Positions 18,299-26,792 of a DNA stretch of 44,755 nucleotides are shown one piece after another. How positions within the stretch are numbered: position 1 is the first letter of the stretch; the number at the start of each line of letters is the position of its first letter. Below the pieces are notes generated by a model that was given only the letters and a program-made list of their open reading frames with translations, was not told the DNA's origin and did no database searches. The translations under genes and the position numbers were made by a program. The stretch comes from an uncultured Gammaproteobacteria bacterium (GTDB lineage: Bacteria > Patescibacteriota > Patescibacteriia > Patescibacteriales > UBA12465): assembly GCA_964604915.1 (NCBI GenBank), contig CAZSAA010000002.1:1783-46537 (forward strand), written 5' to 3'.

Positions 18299-20791
18299 TT
18301 AGCGGGAAAAGAACATCTCGTCCTCGTCCTCATCGGAGAAAACGCGCGGCTTGCCAGGTTCAACCTTCTTCTCTGGTTCCCTTGCGTCCTCATCCTCTCT
18401 CTTTATCTCCTCCAATATCTCATCTTCATCCTGGACGATATCTTGTTCATCCTCTTCCGTCTCCTCAACTGCCTCGACTATCTCCTCTTCAAAAGGAGTG
18501 GACTCCAAGACTAATCCCTCGCCCGGATCTTCGTCGAGATAGGAATCGGGCACCATCGCCTCCTCCCGCTTATGCATCGGCATGGAACTAGGCCCGGCTG
18601 CTTCATATTGCTCCCTGCTTATTATCACATCCCTAGGTTTCGATCCGTTAGCCGGGCTGATCACACCAGCATCTTCCAGCATATCGAGGATCTTGGCGGC
18701 GCGGCCATAGCCGATACTGAGCCGCCGCTGCAACATGGAAGTCGAAGCTTTTCCCGCCTTCACGATTATATCCTTAGCCTCTTCGAATAGCTCGTCCTCA
18801 TCGCCGTGTACGCCATCAAGGCCGACACCAGCGACTCCGCCCACTCTCTGGCGGTCGGTAACGCCCTCAAGATAGTCGGCCGTACCGCTCTTTTCCTTGA
18901 TATAATTTATAACATCCTTTATCTCATCGTCGCTGACATAGGCGCCTTGGATGCGCTTGGGTTTGGCCAGTTCCGCGGTAGAAAGGAGCATGTCTCCTTG
19001 ACCTAGCAATTTCTCTGCCCCAGAAGAATCGAGAATGGTCTTGGAATCGACCAGCGAGGCGACCGCGAAAGCGATACGCGCGGGGATGTTAGCCTTGATG
19101 AGTCCAGTAATGACATCGACGCTCGGACGCTGGGTAGCGAGGATAAGGTGGATACCGACGGCGCGCGACATCTGGGCTAAACGGATGATAGCCGCTTCCA
19201 TCTCCTTGCCGGCAGTCATCATAAAATCCGCTAATTCATCGATGATAAATATTATGAAAGGTATCTTCTCGCCCGAATCAGCATTATATGCCTGGATATT
19301 CTTCTTACCTGATTTGTTAAGCAGGTCATAGCGGCGATCCATTTCATTTAGGCACCATTTAAGAGCGTTGATAGTCTTAGAAACTTCAGTGATGACCGGG
19401 GTAAGGAGGTGAGGTATACCGTTATAGGCCGGCAATTCGACGCGCTTGGGGTCAACCATGATAAAACGCAGATTATCTGGGTTATTCTGATACAGCAAGC
19501 TAACGATTATAGTGTTGAGACAGACGGATTTGCCCGAATTGGTAGCGCCCGCTACGAGCAAATGAGGCATGCGGGTGATATCATACATCCAAGCAGCGCC
19601 CGCTACGTCCTTACCCAGGGCGATCATCAGGTTATTCTTCCTGGTCTTGAAAACTGGATCTTCAAGCACGTCGCGCAATCCTACGATAGCTTTAGTCTTG
19701 TTAGGGACTTCGACGCCAACCAGTGATTTGCCAGGAATCGGCGCTTCGATACGGATAGGATGTGCCGCTAACGCTAAGGACAAGTCATTATTAAGAGTGG
19801 TGATGCGGGAAACCTTAACGCCCTCTGCCGGCTTGAAGGTATATTGGGTGACAGTGGGGCCGACCTTGGTCTCGCCCATATCGACATCGATGCCGAAATT
19901 TTCTAAGGTCTTCTTGATCTTGGCGGTATTTAGATCCGTGTCGCCGCCGACCGCCTCGCCGGTATGCGCCTGGAGTAATTCTATAGGCAAGTCGATCTTG
20001 ATACTGTTCTTAGGCCAGCTTATCTTCTCCTGTTTAGCCGGCTTATCCGCCTTGCGACGCACCTCGGACAGAGTATCTTCCTTTTTGCTCTCCTCTAGGT
20101 CGGCAATCGCCTTGGCCGTCCAAGTTTCTATCGCGTCCTCCCCGGGCTCTTCTGTGGCCATCGCCCGAACGTCTTCTCCGGTTGACTCCTTGACGGCTGA
20201 AGAGAACAAGGTGCGGAAGAATTCCGATCCGATCGCCGCTATCTTACCAAAAATGCTTTCCCGGCCAATTATCTTGGATAGCGAAGTGTTAAACACTAGG
20301 ACCAGTGAGACTAGAAAGATGCTCAGGAGTGCAATCACACCGCCCCAGAAGCCCAAGATATAGATGGTGCCTTGGCTGAGATAATAGCCGATATAGCCGC
20401 CCCCTACACCGTCCCTGACAGCTGCCAACCAATCAGCTTGCCTGATAAAGAAATGGAAAAGCGTCTGGTATGACAGAAAAAGCAAGGAGATACCGACATA
20501 GTCGCTCTTCTTGACCTCTATGGTTCGTTCCTTGACGATCAATATGCCCCAAAACAGGAAGATAAGGGGGACTAGCCATTTACCAAAGCCGAAAATCAGG
20601 CTCAACCATTTAGAAATAAATACCCCCATCTGGCCAGATAGGTTAAAAAGGCCCAGCAAACTAATGAAACCGAAGGCAAATATCAATACCAGCCCGATGC
20701 TTCGCTTAGCTTGATCGTCCAGCTCAAAGCCTGGCACGGACAGGTAGTTTTGATTGTCTTTCTTCTTTCTTCTTTTGGCCATATTAGACAT
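18299..20791 (-). CDS. ftsK: DNA translocase FtsK/SpoIIIE (a start at ATG 20782 is possibly the real one)
   Basis: N-terminal TM helices are followed by Walker A (VAGATNSGKSV), Walker B (IIDELADF) and a gamma winged-helix (MLQRRLSIGYGRAAKILDMLE). About 100 aa of acidic tail follows the gamma domain. Confidence 0.93.
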   Translation of the reverse strand: MSNMAKRRKKKDNQNYLSVPGFELDDQAKRSIGLVLIFAFGFISLLGLFNLSGQMGVFISKWLSLIFGFGKWLVPLIFLFWGILIVKERTIEVKKSDYVGISLLFLSYQTLFHFFIRQADWLAAVRDGVGGGYIGYYLSQGTIYILGFWGGVIALLSIFLVSLVLVFNTSLSKIIGRESIFGKIAAIGSEFFRTLFSSAVKESTGEDVRAMATEEPGEDAIETWTAKAIADLEESKKEDTLSEVRRKADKPAKQEKISWPKNSIKIDLPIELLQAHTGEAVGGDTDLNTAKIKKTLENFGIDVDMGETKVGPTVTQYTFKPAEGVKVSRITTLNNDLSLALAAHPIRIEAPIPGKSLVGVEVPNKTKAIVGLRDVLEDPVFKTRKNNLMIALGKDVAGAAWMYDITRMPHLLVAGATNSGKSVCLNTIIVSLLYQNNPDNLRFIMVDPKRVELPAYNGIPHLLTPVITEVSKTINALKWCLNEMDRRYDLLNKSGKKNIQAYNADSGEKIPFIIFIIDELADFMMTAGKEMEAAIIRLAQMSRAVGIHLILATQRPSVDVITGLIKANIPARIAFAVASLVDSKTILDSSGAEKLLGQGDMLLSTAELAKPKRIQGAYVSDDEIKDVINYIKEKSGTADYLEGVTDRQRVGGVAGVGLDGVHGDEDELFEEAKDIIVKAGKASTSMLQRRLSIGYGRAAKILDMLEDAGVISPANGSKPRDVIISREQYEAAGPSSMPMHKREEAMVPDSYLDEDPGEGLVLESTPFEEEIVEAVEETEEDEQDIVQDEDEILEEIKREDEDAREPEKKVEPGKPRVFSDEDEDEMFFSR

Positions 20792-20818
20792 TATAGCAAG
20801 AGACTGGCTAAACTTGAA
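20790..20818 (-). promoter_or_regulatory. Candidate extended -10 promoter in the kinase-ftsK gap
   Basis: The minus strand reads TTCAAG-17 nt-(TGC)TATAAT. The -10 box overlaps the first ATG (20791) and lies 7 nt upstream of the second ATG (20782). Confidence 0.4.
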
Positions 20819-20819
20819 A

Positions 20820-21860
20820 TCAGTCCTGCGCTCGAAAATCGGGAGATTCGATATTCTTTTCTAAATATCCCAGCATTTCTATCGCTTTTTCCGGTGTAGG
20901 CTCGTACTTCAGGAGCCAAAATATCACCGTTCGAAGCGAGGTCCAGTTATAATAGAGGTTGATCCTAGCCTGGACTTCACCATCTAAGGAAAGGCCGGCG
21001 GCTTCCAAATAGGTATTTAAGAAAACATACTTGAATTCTTTAGGCGATACCTCATCCTGCGCCTTCGCCCTTATCTTATGCCCCAGCTGCTGGAGGAAAG
21101 TGCCGACATCGCGGAAACGGTCAGACAGGGAAAAATCCGTAAAATCTATCAGCCCTACCTTATGCGCTCCGGCATGGATGACGTTTTCCATGTGGGCATC
21201 ACCATGAATGATTGACAGTTCGATGGAGGGCCGGCGCGCTTCTTCCTCATCAATGAAGATACTATAGAGACGGGCGATGCGATCGGATAGCTCGTTGCCA
21301 TATCTTTCCCTCACTTCACGCACCGAATGCTCTACTCCAGGGATTACCGTCCTTATCATCGCATTATCAGGATTGAATTCGAAGGAATCCCTCTGCGGCA
21401 AATCGTGCAGACGCGCGAATAAGTGGGCGCTCTTGCCGACCAGGTCCTTGACCGTATCCATCTGCCCGTCCTTGATAAAACGCAAGAGATTATCGCCCTC
21501 GAGGGCGCGATAGAAATTGGCGTTGAAATGCGGATCGAAGAACAGAGGTCGAGGAATAAGGAAATCATCATTACCGAAGCCATTGTCCCAAAGGTATCGC
21601 ATACACTTATAGGCCACTTCTCTCGGCTCATTGCTGTGCGCCGAACAGACGACGGGCAGCCATATCTCCTCTTCGTTCCGGCCGATAGCCCGGATATCGA
21701 AACCAATCACCACGTGATACGTTTCGGACCAGACCATCTTCTTATACGTCTTGATAGACACCTCGGAAATCCGCTCTATCTGAGGATAAATAGGCAGAAG
21801 CTTCTCTTCCAGATACTTGACGACGAAATCCCGGTCAAGCAGGGATAATATTTTATTCAT
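20820..21860 (-). CDS. APH/choline-kinase-superfamily phosphotransferase (substrate unknown)
   Basis: The catalytic loop IIHGDAHMENV and metal-binding GLIDFTDF match the HGDxxxxN...IDF pattern of the aminoglycoside phosphotransferase-like kinase fold. The gene lies 6 nt downstream of the GH57 gene. Confidence 0.6.
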   Translation of the reverse strand: MNKILSLLDRDFVVKYLEEKLLPIYPQIERISEVSIKTYKKMVWSETYHVVIGFDIRAIGRNEEEIWLPVVCSAHSNEPREVAYKCMRYLWDNGFGNDDFLIPRPLFFDPHFNANFYRALEGDNLLRFIKDGQMDTVKDLVGKSAHLFARLHDLPQRDSFEFNPDNAMIRTVIPGVEHSVREVRERYGNELSDRIARLYSIFIDEEEARRPSIELSIIHGDAHMENVIHAGAHKVGLIDFTDFSLSDRFRDVGTFLQQLGHKIRAKAQDEVSPKEFKYVFLNTYLEAAGLSLDGEVQARINLYYNWTSLRTVIFWLLKYEPTPEKAIEMLGYLEKNIESPDFRAQD

Positions 21861-21866
21861 ATTCGA

Positions 21867-23027
21867 TCAATGTCTTGCTTCTTGCCTCTCCCAATGAGCA
21901 AGCCACAGTTCTTTTCTTATCGAGGCGCTTAATTCTTCCGCCTTTTTCTTTATAATAACGCTATCTTTGTCACCTATCGCCCTTATCGACCTTACCAAGT
22001 CGTTAAGGCCTCGTTCCACTTCGTCCGGACTCCAAGCGATTGATCCGAAATGGCGAGAAAAATCATGGCCGCTCGCCCACCAAAACATGCAGCTGGCTAG
22101 CCCTCTAGACAAGTGCCAGAGGGACGCACCATAATTATCGTCTTTCTCAAAGCGTTCCAGGGCAAACTGAGCCAAATCCGCCAGTTCCCAAAGCTTCTTC
22201 TGAATATTATTATCCTTTCCTTGCCAAATAGCAAAAGCCTCTCCTCGGGATAGCTCTTCTTCGCTCGATTCCCAGGTGGAAGCGCGCAGAGCAACGCTCC
22301 GGCGATGGATAGGGGCTTCGGCTAACTCGGAGAACAGGGCGAACTTCAGATTATCTACCGAAGCCAGCGCTGCCAGATTGCCAGAAATATCACGATGGCG
22401 CAAACCGTATAACTCGGCATCGTTAGCGGTAATAATAAGCTCACCGCCGATGCTACCTAATTTAGATTTCTTGACCACGTAATCTGGTACGTAGCGGTTG
22501 GAAGCGCGACGGCTACGAACGATAACCTTCATCCCCGTCTCCTTATCAATATATACCCCTGAGCCCAAACGCTTCCCATCTATCGCCAGCTCATCCAATA
22601 TTAAATACTGATAGCCCATATCCTTCACTAGCTTCCCGATTGCTGGGCTATAGCCCATTTCCGGGCAAAAGAATCCAACCGGCTTAGCGACACCCAGGTA
22701 TGATCGCAAGATATCTTCCTGTACGACTATCTGGCGCCGAGCTTCCTTAAGAGATATGAGCGGCAAAAGGGGATGGAAGGCCGCCGATCCTACCAGTTCT
22801 ATCTGTCCCCGCTTGGCCAACCGGCGCACTCCGTCGAGAACGTCCTGAGCCCCCAATTCGGCCAGACGCTCGATAAGGCAACCGGAAATATTCCAAGTCA
22901 TCCTTATCTCCGGATGCTTAGTCAAAACGTCGGCTAAGAAGCGATAGCTCGCGTCAGCCGCTTCATTGATGAAGATGGCCTCGCTGTTGGCCGGCTGATA
23001 CCAATGGAGGAAGGCGGCCCAAGTCAT
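21867..23027 (-). CDS. Glycoside hydrolase family 57 protein (short form, 386 aa)
   Basis: All five GH57 conserved regions are recognisable by eye: HWYQP (cf. HQHQP), GQIELV (cf. GQLEIV), FCPEMG (nucleophile Glu kept), NDAELYG (acid/base Asp kept) and ASCMFWWAS. The start overlaps the glgA stop (ATGA). Confidence 0.75.
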   Translation of the reverse strand: MTWAAFLHWYQPANSEAIFINEAADASYRFLADVLTKHPEIRMTWNISGCLIERLAELGAQDVLDGVRRLAKRGQIELVGSAAFHPLLPLISLKEARRQIVVQEDILRSYLGVAKPVGFFCPEMGYSPAIGKLVKDMGYQYLILDELAIDGKRLGSGVYIDKETGMKVIVRSRRASNRYVPDYVVKKSKLGSIGGELIITANDAELYGLRHRDISGNLAALASVDNLKFALFSELAEAPIHRRSVALRASTWESSEEELSRGEAFAIWQGKDNNIQKKLWELADLAQFALERFEKDDNYGASLWHLSRGLASCMFWWASGHDFSRHFGSIAWSPDEVERGLNDLVRSIRAIGDKDSVIIKKKAEELSASIRKELWLAHWERQEARH

Positions 23028-24496
23028 ATCTTCAGGCGCAAGGCGCGCCGATATAGCTTCACATATTTCTTCGCCGGGATTTGCCAGCTATTAGATTGCT
23101 TCATCGCGCGCCTCACTAACGCTTCCATACTCTTGGCATAACGGAAAGTCTCGAGTGCCCGGACTACAGCCGCAAAGAATTGGAAGCTGTCTTCATAGCG
23201 GAAAGTGAAGCCAGTGCCGCGACCAGTCGCTGGATCGTAGTCGCTGACCGTGTCATATAATCCGCCGATTTCCCGCACGATGGGAATGCAGCCGTAGCGC
23301 ATGGCGATGAGCTGGTTGATGCCGCAAGGCTCATGGGTAGAAGGCAGGAGGAAAAAATCGGAAGCGGCATAGAAGCTGGTTTCCAGCTGGCTATTGCCGG
23401 TAAAGGGTATCCAAGCGATTTTCCTGGGATATCTTTTCCTAAGTTTCTTGATAACGGCCAGATAATCCTTACCACCGTCGCCCATAATAACCAATTGCAG
23501 GTCTTGTTTCATCAGGGCATCGGCGATATTGAAGAGCAGATGGAAACCTTTCTGGAAAGTGATACGGGAAGTCGTGCAAAGCATCGGGATATTCTCATCT
23601 ACTGGTAAGTTAAGCTTAGCCTGCAAAAATCTTTTATTTACCTTCTTGCTGGCCATGAAATCCTGCCAGGAATAATCAGCCTTGAGGCCGCTATCCTTTT
23701 CCGGGTTATATGCATTATAGTCGATACCGTTGATGATGCCCAACAACCGGTCTTCTCTATTCTTGAGAATACGATGTAGATCCTGTCCGAATTTCTTGGT
23801 CATTATCTCTTCGCGATACTGTTCGCTCACGGTGTTGATTATGTCGGCCGACAAGATGGCCCGCTTGGCAAAATTTATCGTCTCTAGCTTAGGGTTATCA
23901 AGATGAGGGATAGCTAAGCGGCCGTAATCACGATCGGAAACCGGCACTTCCCACCAATTATGACCGAACTGAAAAATGAGATTGTGGATGGTAAATACCG
24001 TACGGGCATTACTGAGCGTCTTGGAATAACGGAAATCATTCTTAAGGTAATGCGGGATGAGGCCGCTCTGCCAGTCATGGCAATGGACGATATCCGCTTG
24101 GAACTTGAGCAGGGAGATAAGCTTGAGAGCGGCGACATTAAAGACCATGAAACGGGCGTTCTCATGGCTCGAGCCATAAATGTTCTTATGTTTGGAAAAG
24201 TATTTCTTATTCTCGATAAAATATACCGGCAACTCCTCCATCAGATATCCCTGCCAGACGTTGAAAGTCTCGCAATCCTGTGAGTTAAGATATATCTTCA
24301 CATCTTCGAAAAGGAGTTTCAGTTTGTGTGTCTTCTTATCAATCACTTTGCTATATAGAGGAGTGATGATGATGATATCGTGCCCCAAGCGCTTGAGGGC
24401 TTTGGGGAGGCTGCGGGCAACATCAGCTAAACCACCCGTCTTGGAAAACGGGGCGACTTCGGAAGAAATGCTTACTATCTTTAATTTTTTCTGCAT
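23024..24496 (-). CDS. glgA: Glycogen/starch synthase (GT5)
   Basis: The N-terminal motif is KIVSISSEVAPFSKTGGLADV. GT-B C-terminal motifs are present (LLPSTHEPCGINQL). The protein is 490 aa. Confidence 0.9.
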   Translation of the reverse strand: MQKKLKIVSISSEVAPFSKTGGLADVARSLPKALKRLGHDIIIITPLYSKVIDKKTHKLKLLFEDVKIYLNSQDCETFNVWQGYLMEELPVYFIENKKYFSKHKNIYGSSHENARFMVFNVAALKLISLLKFQADIVHCHDWQSGLIPHYLKNDFRYSKTLSNARTVFTIHNLIFQFGHNWWEVPVSDRDYGRLAIPHLDNPKLETINFAKRAILSADIINTVSEQYREEIMTKKFGQDLHRILKNREDRLLGIINGIDYNAYNPEKDSGLKADYSWQDFMASKKVNKRFLQAKLNLPVDENIPMLCTTSRITFQKGFHLLFNIADALMKQDLQLVIMGDGGKDYLAVIKKLRKRYPRKIAWIPFTGNSQLETSFYAASDFFLLPSTHEPCGINQLIAMRYGCIPIVREIGGLYDTVSDYDPATGRGTGFTFRYEDSFQFFAAVVRALETFRYAKSMEALVRRAMKQSNSWQIPAKKYVKLYRRALRLKI

Positions 24497-24499
24497 AAA

Positions 24500-24976
24500 C
24501 TATCGGCAATTAATGGCGCAGAGAGCAATCGCTAGCGCGTCCGCGGCATCATCAGGTTTGGGTATTTTTTCCAAGGCAAGGATCATCTTGACCATCTTCT
24601 GCACTTGCAACTTGGAGGCTTGGCCATAGGCGCAAACCGCCTGCTTGACCTGGGAAGGAGTGAAATTGAAAATCGGTACGCCATTCTGGCTGAGTGTAAG
24701 CAAGGCGACGCCTCTGGCTTGGCCAACTATCAAGGCCGTGCGTACGTTCTTATTGAAAAATAATTCTTCAATCGCCGCTAAGTCCGGCTTATACTCTTTA
24801 ATCAGCTTAGCCAATCCTTCATTAAGGAGAATTAAACGCTCGGCTAAGTCCATATCAGCCGGAGTCTTTATAGAGCCATAGGTGAGGCAAACAGCCTTAT
24901 TACCTGATACCTTGATCAGGCCATAGCCGGTATCGGCGATGCCTGGATCGATGCCAAGTATTACCCGATCGCGCAT
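24500..24976 (-). CDS. ruvC: Crossover junction endodeoxyribonuclease RuvC
   Basis: ILGIDPGIADTGYGLI, AIEELFF and a C-terminal DAADALAIA are present. The protein is 158 aa. Confidence 0.9.
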   Translation of the reverse strand: MRDRVILGIDPGIADTGYGLIKVSGNKAVCLTYGSIKTPADMDLAERLILLNEGLAKLIKEYKPDLAAIEELFFNKNVRTALIVGQARGVALLTLSQNGVPIFNFTPSQVKQAVCAYGQASKLQVQKMVKMILALEKIPKPDDAADALAIALCAINCR

Positions 24977-24977
24977 A

Positions 24978-25697
24978 TCAAGCGATGTTATGATAATAAT
25001 TATCTACGTCCTCATTGTTCTCCAATTCTTCCATCACCTTATCAAGCTTCTCCTGGTCACTCGGACTGACCGCCTGCTTTTCCTTGGCGACATATTCGAG
25101 TTCGGCTGAAGCCGCCTTTATCCCTTTATACGCCAACCAGTCGTTTATCTTCTGGAAATCAGTGGCTTGGGCGTAGATACTGACACCCTCTTCTTCCTTA
25201 TTGAAATCAAGGATCCCGAGATCAATCAATTCTAATTCCATCTCATCTAAGGCCAGACCTGATTTACTAATCTCTTCCTGACTGACCATGAAGACGGCCT
25301 GCAGGGAAAAATTCCACATCACCGAACCGAAGGCTCCACCGTTCTTGCTGAATATATGCTTGACGGTAGAGCTGGACCGGTTCTTGTTGTCGGTAGTGCA
25401 TTTGACGATAAACTGGATGCCGGCGTTAGCGATCGCTTCATAGTATATCTCCTCGATCTGCTCGCCACCGAGTTCACCGGTGCCCTTCTTGATGGCCCGC
25501 TCAATGTTGTCTTTAGGCATATTCGCCTCCCTAGCCTTATCAATCGCCGATCGGAGGGAAGCATTGGCCTCCGGATCGCCGCCTTTCTTAGCGGCAATAG
25601 AGATAGCATTAGCCAGCCGCGTGAAAATTGCGCCCCGCTTAGCGTCTATCAATTCTTTCTGGCGATGCGTAGTCGCCCACTTGGAGTGTCCAGACAT
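24978..25697 (-). CDS. yebC: YebC/PmpR family DNA-binding transcriptional regulator
   Basis: The N-terminus MSGHSKWATTHRQKELIDAKRGAIFTRL is the family signature. The protein is 239 aa. Confidence 0.9.
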   Translation of the reverse strand: MSGHSKWATTHRQKELIDAKRGAIFTRLANAISIAAKKGGDPEANASLRSAIDKAREANMPKDNIERAIKKGTGELGGEQIEEIYYEAIANAGIQFIVKCTTDNKNRSSSTVKHIFSKNGGAFGSVMWNFSLQAVFMVSQEEISKSGLALDEMELELIDLGILDFNKEEEGVSIYAQATDFQKINDWLAYKGIKAASAELEYVAKEKQAVSPSDQEKLDKVMEELENNEDVDNYYHNIA

Positions 25698-25736
25698 AAA
25701 AAATATTACTTCAAACTATATGTAAGTCCTAGTCAT

Positions 25737-25763
25737 ATTATAGCAAATTGAACAAAAAATCAA
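25737..25763 (-). promoter_or_regulatory. Candidate promoter of the yebC operon (extended -10)
   Basis: The minus strand reads TTGATT-15 nt-(TGC)TATAAT, about 40 nt upstream of the yebC ATG. Confidence 0.45.
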
Positions 25764-25776
25764 TATTGGCTATAAT
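25748..25776 (+). promoter_or_regulatory. Candidate sigma-70-type promoter of the SIS-domain gene
   Basis: TTGAAC (25748-25753), a 17-nt spacer, then TATAAT (25771-25776). It overlaps the divergent yebC promoter. Confidence 0.5.
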
Positions 25777-25807
25777 TAAAATAAGCATAAATAACGGATA
25801 AAACAAT

Positions 25808-26713
25808 ATGGAACTAGACACTCTCGATTTGAGCGTAAAGAAAGCGCTCGATTTTTTCACTAAGCATAAGCCGCCCCGCTTCGAGGCAGACAAGCTCAAC
25901 TGGCCTCTGGTTATCGGCAGCGGCAATGCCTATAACACCGGCGCTATCCTCTTCTCGGGAAAACCGGCTATATTAGCCAATGAAAGCAACCTCAAGGAAA
26001 TCATCAAAGGCTATGGCCAGCTAATCAAACGTAAGATGATGGATACGGCCGTGATAATTTCTGCTTCCGGCGAGAAAGATTCTGTCTGGGAAACCGAACT
26101 TTGCCGGAAAAATAAGCTAAAGACCATCTTACTCACTTGTTCTGCTGACTCGAGCGCCGCCAAGCTAGCTGACCATACTCTTGCCTTCCGCAAGCTTCCC
26201 GAACCATATACATATAATGTATCGACCTACCTAGGAATGATGCTAGGAGCGGAAAACGGAAACGCCAAGGAAATAGCAACCTGGATTAAGAAGCAACGCC
26301 TGCCTAAAGATTTCTTCAAGTACAAGTCCTTCACCTTCCTCCTGCCTGACCGCTTCGAAGCCATCTGCCCCATGCTCGATATAAAGCGCAACGAACTATT
26401 CGGCAATCACCTTTCCTTGCGCGCCTTCTCCCATGGCCAGGCCCGCCATGCTAAATTCGTACATCCAGATAAGGGAGAAATGGTGATAAGTATCGGGGAA
26501 AACAAACTATTCGGGGATAATCGCTGGCAAGTAGCGGAGCCCAAAAATCTAGGCTTCGCTGGCGTCATGGCGATGACCTACTATATCACCGGCCTCATCC
26601 AGAAAAACCGTACGCCCTGGTTCAAGCGCAATATCAAGTCATATTGCCTAGAGCGCGGTCCCAAAGCCTATGGCCAAACTAAGCCATTTGAGGTGATAGT
26701 ACCGGGAAACTAA
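25808..26713 (+). CDS. SIS-domain sugar-phosphate isomerase-like protein (possibly PGI/PMI-type; function uncertain)
   Basis: SIS-like motifs VIGSGNAYNTG, VIISASGEKDS and EPYTYNVSTYLGMML are present. The protein is 301 aa. The gene is convergent with gpmI. Confidence 0.45.
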   Translation: MELDTLDLSVKKALDFFTKHKPPRFEADKLNWPLVIGSGNAYNTGAILFSGKPAILANESNLKEIIKGYGQLIKRKMMDTAVIISASGEKDSVWETELCRKNKLKTILLTCSADSSAAKLADHTLAFRKLPEPYTYNVSTYLGMMLGAENGNAKEIATWIKKQRLPKDFFKYKSFTFLLPDRFEAICPMLDIKRNELFGNHLSLRAFSHGQARHAKFVHPDKGEMVISIGENKLFGDNRWQVAEPKNLGFAGVMAMTYYITGLIQKNRTPWFKRNIKSYCLERGPKAYGQTKPFEVIVPGN

Positions 26714-26740
26714 GGCACCACCAAACTTCATTCATATAAG

Positions 26741-26770
26741 AAAAAGCTAGCCCTCAAAGCTAGCTTTTTT
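26741..26770. terminator. Bidirectional Rho-independent terminator between the SIS gene and gpmI
   Basis: AAAAAGCTAGC-cctcaaa-GCTAGCTTTTTT: a 7-bp GC-containing stem extended by A/T pairs, with an A-run and a T-run on either side. Confidence 0.7.
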
Positions 26771-26792
26771 CAAATATAAATATTACTACCAG

